NCBI GenBank assembly: GCA_005878525.1
Contig: VBMB01000136.1
Location: forward strand, 14,120-62,048
DNA length: 47,929 nucleotides
Origin: Methanobacteriota archaeon
GTDB taxonomy: Archaea; Thermoplasmatota; Thermoplasmata; RBG-16-68-12
Direction: 5' to 3'
The notes beneath the pieces were generated by a model, which did not search any database, had not been told where the DNA came from, and was given only the letters and a program-made list of their open reading frames with translations. Shown one piece after another: positions 43,317 to 47,929 of this stretch. Positions within the stretch are counted from its first letter, which is position 1. Every line of letters starts with the position of its first letter. The position numbers were made by a program, and so were the translations under genes.

Positions 43317-44242
43317 ATGTTTTGCGTCGAGTGCGGAGCCGAAGGGCCGACGTATCAGGGCCTCTGCGCCCGGGACTTCCTGAAGAAACATCCCGTCGTG
43401 GCACCACCGGAGGTCCTCGACATCGAACGATGCACGTCCTGCGGCTCGTTCCGGCTGAAATCGGGCTGGTCCAAGATCGACCGCGAACTCGCGCTCACGG
43501 GACTACTTCGCGAGGCGATCCCGAAGCTCTCGCCGTGGGAACGGGTAACTTTCACCCACGTCGCCCGCGACGAGGATGCGAACAACCTCTCGCTGACCGT
43601 CAAGGCGCTCGGACGGTTCGAGGATCTGCAGTCCGTCCAGGACTTTCGGCTTCGCGTGCGCATCAAGCCGTCTCTCTGCGATTCGTGCGCGAAGCAGCGG
43701 GGTCGGTACTTCGAAGGCACCTTGCAGGTCCGCGGAGACGGCCGCGAACTCACGCCGCAGGAAATGCGCGGCGTGCGAACGTTCGTGATCGCCCGCGTGG
43801 ACCGGGCCGGGGATCCGGCGGCGTTCGTCTCGCGGATCGAGGAGGTCCACGGCGGCCTCGACTTCTACCTGAGCACGAACGCCCTCGGCAAGGCGCTCGC
43901 CCGCGAGCTCTCGGAGTCGTTCGGCGGGAGCGTGTCCTCGTCCCCGAAGCTGTTCGGCCAGAAGGAGGGCCGCGAGGTCTACCGCGTGACGTCCCTCGTC
44001 CGCCTCGGCCCGTTCCACATCGGCGACGTCGTGCGATACAAGGAATCCCTCGCCGAGGTGACGTCGGTCCGACCGTTCGTCGACACCTGGAGTCCGGCCA
44101 GATCGTCGCGGTCCATCCGGAGTCTGAGGAGGCGCGGCCTGTGCGCCCTCCGCCGAAGGGACGGACCGCACATGCGGTCGTCGTGTGGACCCAGGACGGG
44201 GCGTACTTGTCGCTCCTCCCGCCGCAGAGTTCGAAGCCTTAA
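43317..44242 (+). pseudogene. nmd3: NMD3-family (pre-60S/50S associated) protein with an apparent 1-nt frameshift near 44084
   Basis: The N-terminus has 'MFCVECG...GLC..C', 'CTSCGSF', 'LCDSCAKQRGRYFEGTLQVRG' and 'GGLDFYL' in frame 3. After '...VRPFVD', protein-like sequence continues in frame 2 ('LESGQIVAVHPESEEARPV...AVVVWTQDGAYLSLLPP', TAA at 44240-44242), while frame 3 becomes Arg/Ser-rich junk. Confidence 0.7.
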
Positions 44243-44267
44243 AGGGCGCGGCGACTTTGTCCAAGCA

Positions 44268-44936
44268 ATGAAGGTAGCCCTGGGCTGTCGGGCCCTGGAC
44301 GACCTCCTGGGCGGGGGAGTCGAGGAAGGCTGCATCACGCTCCTGCACGGGGAGGCGGGGAGCGGCAAGACGAACTTCTGCTTGCAGCTCGCCCGGAACG
44401 TCGTCCGCGCGGGTCACAAGGTGATCTACATCGACACGGAGGGCGTGTCCCTCGACCGCCTCCAGCAGATGTGCGGCGACGATTTCGACGTCGTGGTGAA
44501 GAACATCCTGTTCTCGGAGCCATACAGTTTCGAGGAACAAGAAAAGCGGATCGAGGAGGCCGTCAAGCTGGCGGACGGCAATCCCAAAGTCGGACTCATC
44601 GTGATCGACAGCATCACGATGCACTACCGCCTCACGATGCGGGACGAGACCCGCCGGGATGAACGGTACGGCCTCACGCGGCAGATTGCGAAGCTGCTGC
44701 GCGCGTCTCGAGTCCGCGGCATCCCCGTCGTGGTCACGTCGCAGGTTTACACGGACATCGAGACGGGGGCGTACATGCCGCTCGGCGGCCACATGCTCAG
44801 TCACAACGCGAAGACGATTGTGCGCTTCGAGCGGACCGGGGTGAGCACCCGGGCCGCGGTCCTCGTCAAGCATCGCCACCGGGAGGAGGGCGCGCGGGCC
44901 ACGTTCCGGATCACGGCCCACGGGCTCGAGGACTAG
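44268..44936 (+). CDS. radB: DNA repair/recombination protein RadB
   Basis: 'LDDLLGGGVEEGCITLLHGEAGSGKTNFCLQLA' (Walker A), 'LIVIDSIT' (Walker B). 222 aa, with no N-terminal HhH domain. Confidence 0.85.
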   Translation: MKVALGCRALDDLLGGGVEEGCITLLHGEAGSGKTNFCLQLARNVVRAGHKVIYIDTEGVSLDRLQQMCGDDFDVVVKNILFSEPYSFEEQEKRIEEAVKLADGNPKVGLIVIDSITMHYRLTMRDETRRDERYGLTRQIAKLLRASRVRGIPVVVTSQVYTDIETGAYMPLGGHMLSHNAKTIVRFERTGVSTRAAVLVKHRHREEGARATFRITAHGLED

Positions 44937-46054
44937 CGCACGCGAGTCCGTTGCGCCTCGAGGAGCGTTTCCAGCAGCTTACGGGCCCCGGGGTCTTTCG
45001 GCGGTAGCCGATCGAGGGCTCGCCGCGCTTCGACGAGATGATCGGCGATGCGCGCCTCCATCGTCGGAAGGACGTTCTCCCGGAACAGATTCCGGACGCT
45101 GCGTATGTCGTTCTTTGTCGTGCGGGGACCGCGTCCGTATGCGCGGAGAAAGGACGCGCGATCCTTGGGCGCGAGTCGTTGCACGGCGAGGACGAAGAGC
45201 CGGGTTCGCTTTCCCTGGCGGATGTCCCCTTCCGCGGAGCCACCGATGCGGGACTCGACGACGCCGGCGCCGAGGAGGTCGTCGCGATCTTGGAACCCGA
45301 TCGCGAAATTTCGCGCGAATGCTTCGAGCGCCGCTCGGTCCTCGGACGACGCGCGGGCCGCAATCGCGGCGGTCGCCGCCGCGCCGAGGTAGAGGCGAGC
45401 TGTCTTGGCCCCGCTCATCCGGACGTAGTCGGCCTCGGGGATTCGGTCCGCGCGCTCGAAATCGATGTCGAGGCCTTGGCCATCGCTGAGGACGAGATCG
45501 ACCTGAGTCAGTTCGGAAAGGAGCTCGAGCCGCACGGACGCGTCGAGATCGGTGGCCCCTTCAATCGCTCGCTCCGCGAGCGACCGGATCCTCAGGGCGT
45601 CGAGGATGGCCTGCGACACCCCGTATCGAAGGCGCTGGGTCCGAAAGACCAGCGCGGGACGGTCGGCCCCGGGGCCTCGGAACAACTTCGCGTCCGTGGC
45701 CCACGCGCTGGCCAGCGTCCGCCTCCGGACGTCCTCGTCCATGATGTCGTCGAGGAACAACGTGTATAGGTGGTACCATTCGAGCCACGTCGCCGCCCGT
45801 TCGAGGCCGCGGGACGGTGGCTCTCCCGTCAGGAGTTGATATCCGGCCAGGGCGAGGGCGTACCGGTACCGCTTCCCCGCCGTGAAGAGCCGCGAGTTGT
45901 CCCGCATCGTCCGGCTGGACGGGAACGCATCGACCGGATGCTCCGCCGCGAACTCTTCCCAGATCGCCTGGATGTGCGCGTTCGATCGGTCGCGGTACGG
46001 CTTCAGGAGGGATTCGAGTCGGTCCTCCGCGGACGAGGACGTGAGCGCCGACAT
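44933..46054 (-). CDS. idsA: trans-polyprenyl diphosphate synthase (GGPP synthase-like)
   Basis: First Asp-rich motif 'LFLDDIMDEDVRRR' and second 'FQDRDDLLG'. Confidence 0.8.
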   Translation of the reverse strand: MSALTSSSAEDRLESLLKPYRDRSNAHIQAIWEEFAAEHPVDAFPSSRTMRDNSRLFTAGKRYRYALALAGYQLLTGEPPSRGLERAATWLEWYHLYTLFLDDIMDEDVRRRTLASAWATDAKLFRGPGADRPALVFRTQRLRYGVSQAILDALRIRSLAERAIEGATDLDASVRLELLSELTQVDLVLSDGQGLDIDFERADRIPEADYVRMSGAKTARLYLGAAATAAIAARASSEDRAALEAFARNFAIGFQDRDDLLGAGVVESRIGGSAEGDIRQGKRTRLFVLAVQRLAPKDRASFLRAYGRGPRTTKNDIRSVRNLFRENVLPTMEARIADHLVEARRALDRLPPKDPGARKLLETLLEAQRTRVR

Positions 46055-46057
46055 CGC

Positions 46058-47128
46058 TCACGCCTCTCCGGCCTCGAGCCAGCTCGCGGTCGGCGGACTC
46101 ACGATGACGGGACGCTCCTGCAACGCCTCGATCGACGTCGAACCGGTGAGGAACATCGCCGCCTTCAATTCCTCGACGACCGCGCGCAGCTCCTGGACCG
46201 CGGCGTCCGCGGAGACCGTTGCGGCCTCGAGCATCGGCTTCGCCATCCCCGCCATCGTGGCCCCGAGGGCGATCCCTTTCGCGACGTCGAGACCGCTTCG
46301 CACGCCGCCCGTGGCGACGAGTGGCAAGCCGACGTCCGCCAAGAGGATTGATGCCGGGGTCGGAATCCCCCAGTTCCAGAACGTGGCGCCGAGGCGCTCT
46401 TTCAGGCTTGCGGCCTCTTTCCGCGCGCGGTAATGCTCGACCGCGGAGAACGAGGTGCCCCCCAGGCCGCCGACGTCGATGGCGCGTGCGCCAGACGCTT
46501 TCAGCTTCTGCGCCGTTTCCCGGGAGATGCCGGCACCGGTTTCCTTCGCCATTAACGGGAACTTGGAGGCCAACGCTTTGATCGCCGAGAGGCAGCCCTT
46601 CGCGCGCCGATCGCCCTCCGGCTGGACGACCTCTTGAAGGAAATTCAAGTGAATGATGATCGCGTCCGCGTCGATCATGTTGATCGCCTTCCGAGCGTCG
46701 GCGACGCCGTACGCGCGCTTGCCTTCTTGCGGCACGAGCTGCGGTGCCCCGAGGTTCGCGAAGACGAGCGGGACGCCGTAGTCCTTGACGACGGCGTAGG
46801 TGGGCTCGAGTTCCGGCTTCTCCAGCGCGGCGCGTTGCGAGCCGACGCCCATCGCGACGCCGACTTCGGCGGCCGCCTTCGCGAGGTTGCCGTTGATCTC
46901 CTTCCCCATGCCGAACCCACCAGTCATCGAGGAGATGATCAAGGGAGCTTCGAGGCGCTTGCCGAAAAACTTCACGCTCACGTCGACATCGTCGAGGTCG
47001 ATTTCCGGGAGGGCCGTGTGAACGAGCCGGACATCGTTCCAGTAGTTGTACTCCGCAGAGACGTTCTCCTGGAGGATGATGTTCACGTGCTCCGCTTTGC
47101 GCTGCTCCGTCTTGGAGGGCTCGGCCAT
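46058..47128 (-). CDS. fni: type 2 (FMN-dependent) isopentenyl-diphosphate delta-isomerase
   Basis: 'RKAEHV', 'PLIISSMTGG', 'MGVGSQRAALE', 'IIHLNFLQEVVQPEGD', 'KETGAGIS', 'IDVGGLGGTSF', 'VATGGVRSGLDVAKGIALGA'. ATG 47128 lies 1 nt after the ipk stop. Confidence 0.9.
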   Translation of the reverse strand: MAEPSKTEQRKAEHVNIILQENVSAEYNYWNDVRLVHTALPEIDLDDVDVSVKFFGKRLEAPLIISSMTGGFGMGKEINGNLAKAAAEVGVAMGVGSQRAALEKPELEPTYAVVKDYGVPLVFANLGAPQLVPQEGKRAYGVADARKAINMIDADAIIIHLNFLQEVVQPEGDRRAKGCLSAIKALASKFPLMAKETGAGISRETAQKLKASGARAIDVGGLGGTSFSAVEHYRARKEAASLKERLGATFWNWGIPTPASILLADVGLPLVATGGVRSGLDVAKGIALGATMAGMAKPMLEAATVSADAAVQELRAVVEELKAAMFLTGSTSIEALQERPVIVSPPTASWLEAGEA

Positions 47129-47129
47129 T

Positions 47130-47909
47130 TCAGGGACCTCGGACGACCCGGGTGCCGACGACCCGCCGGCCCCGCAGGGCATCCCGGACGCGGTTCTTTA
47201 CATTACCGTTGACGATGAGACATTCTCCCACATGTTCCGCGATTTCGAACATGCGACGAAGCTTTCCCTCGATGCTCCCTGTGACGTCGGTCCGCGACGC
47301 GGATGAGAATTCGATTTGATCGAGGTCCTCCGACCGTGCCACTTCGAGCAGGGGTGCATCGCGGCGCCGCTTCGGATCCGCGGTGAATAGGCCGTCGACA
47401 TCGGTCGCAAAGATCGCGCGTTCCGGACGGAACGCCCGCGCGAGCTCGAGCATCATCACGTCGCCGGAACAGACGGCGATCCCGCGGTGCAGGTCTCGGA
47501 CGACGTCTCCAAACGTCACGGGCGTGAAACCCATCGAGGCGAATTCCCGGAACGGGGTGAGATCCGCCGTCGCGACGGTCCCGTCGTTGAGGCTCAGGAC
47601 AGCCGATGGTGCGATCGGGATCGCCGCGATCCCGACGTCGAGGAGCGCGTTCACAACGAGACCATCGAGCTCCTTCACATCTTGCTGGACCCGCGACGCC
47701 GCGATCCGCTTCGCGACCGAGACGCCTCCTTGGTTCAGCTGGTGTCGGCGGGCGAGGATGTGTCCGTACGAACCGGCCCCATGGACGACGAGCAGGGATT
47801 GCCGGACGGCCGCGAGCTCCGACGCGAGGCGCCGAATCGCCGCGCGGCGCGCGGTTCGGAGGCGTGCCTTGTCGGTTAGAACGCTGCCACCGAGCTTCAC
47901 GAGGAGCAT
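47130..47909 (-). CDS. ipk: isopentenyl phosphate kinase (amino-acid kinase fold)
   Basis: 'LLVKLGGSVLTDK', 'LVVHGAGSYGH', and 'VCSGDVMM' (read by eye as the IPK 'SGD' block; not checked against an alignment). First gene of the ipk-fni-idsA operon. Confidence 0.9.
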   Translation of the reverse strand: MLLVKLGGSVLTDKARLRTARRAAIRRLASELAAVRQSLLVVHGAGSYGHILARRHQLNQGGVSVAKRIAASRVQQDVKELDGLVVNALLDVGIAAIPIAPSAVLSLNDGTVATADLTPFREFASMGFTPVTFGDVVRDLHRGIAVCSGDVMMLELARAFRPERAIFATDVDGLFTADPKRRRDAPLLEVARSEDLDQIEFSSASRTDVTGSIEGKLRRMFEIAEHVGECLIVNGNVKNRVRDALRGRRVVGTRVVRGP

Positions 47910-47929
47910 CGCAACGCGGGCGACGCGCC

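Noticed and set aside
43317-44936. A single 539-aa NMD3-RadB fusion protein, as implied by the ORF track.
   Set aside because: The ~60-residue linker is Arg/Ser-rich and does not look like protein. A neighbouring frame carries a plausible NMD3 C-terminus with its own stop at 44242. RadB has its own ATG at 44268.
1-47929. CRISPR arrays, transposases/IS elements, integrases, toxin-antitoxin pairs or known defence-system genes.
   Set aside because: I saw no direct-repeat/spacer arrays, terminal inverted repeats or recognisable defence or mobility genes. The ABCE1 intein endonuclease is the only mobile element. The window is essentially core genome.

Overview
High-GC (roughly low-to-mid 60s % by eye), densely packed archaeal chromosomal segment. 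The archaeal assignment rests on aIF5A, Nop5, MCM, RadB, Csl4, NAC, ABCE1, archaemetzincin, DUF424 and isopentenyl phosphate kinase. A finer lineage cannot be assigned from sequence alone. The content is mostly housekeeping:
- Translation and RNA processing: aIF5A, Nop5, Csl4, a METTL5-like methylase, RtcB, NMD3, ABCE1, NAC, two tRNA-Val and SRP RNA.
- Replication and repair: MCM, RadB.
- Isoprenoid lipid synthesis: UppS, and an IPK-IDI2-polyprenyl synthase operon.
- Metabolism: MtnA, agmatinase, dihydroorotase, Nnr.
- Transport: an MFS transporter and a CaCA antiporter.
- Two very large membrane-anchored surface proteins.

Many start codons lie 25-40 nt downstream of TATA-like boxes, which suggests short or absent leaders. 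I found no CRISPR array, transposase or obvious defence island.

The most notable observations are:
1. A full-length LAGLIDADG intein splits the CxxCxxCxxxCP iron-sulfur motif of ABCE1.
2. A ~1,690-codon surface subtilase reading frame is interrupted by a single in-frame TAG.
3. NMD3 is frameshifted, and its ORF runs artefactually into radB.
4. A tightly coupled ThiF-like E1, ThiI-core and stand-alone E1-C-terminal-domain operon.
5. A Rab/Ras-like small GTPase is fused to a winged helix, and a V4R-Roadblock gene pair sits elsewhere in the window.
6. Csl4 carries an RGG-like tail.
7. A candidate structured ncRNA lies in the 311-nt gap upstream of rtcB.

All functional calls come from motif recognition by eye. 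No database search was run.
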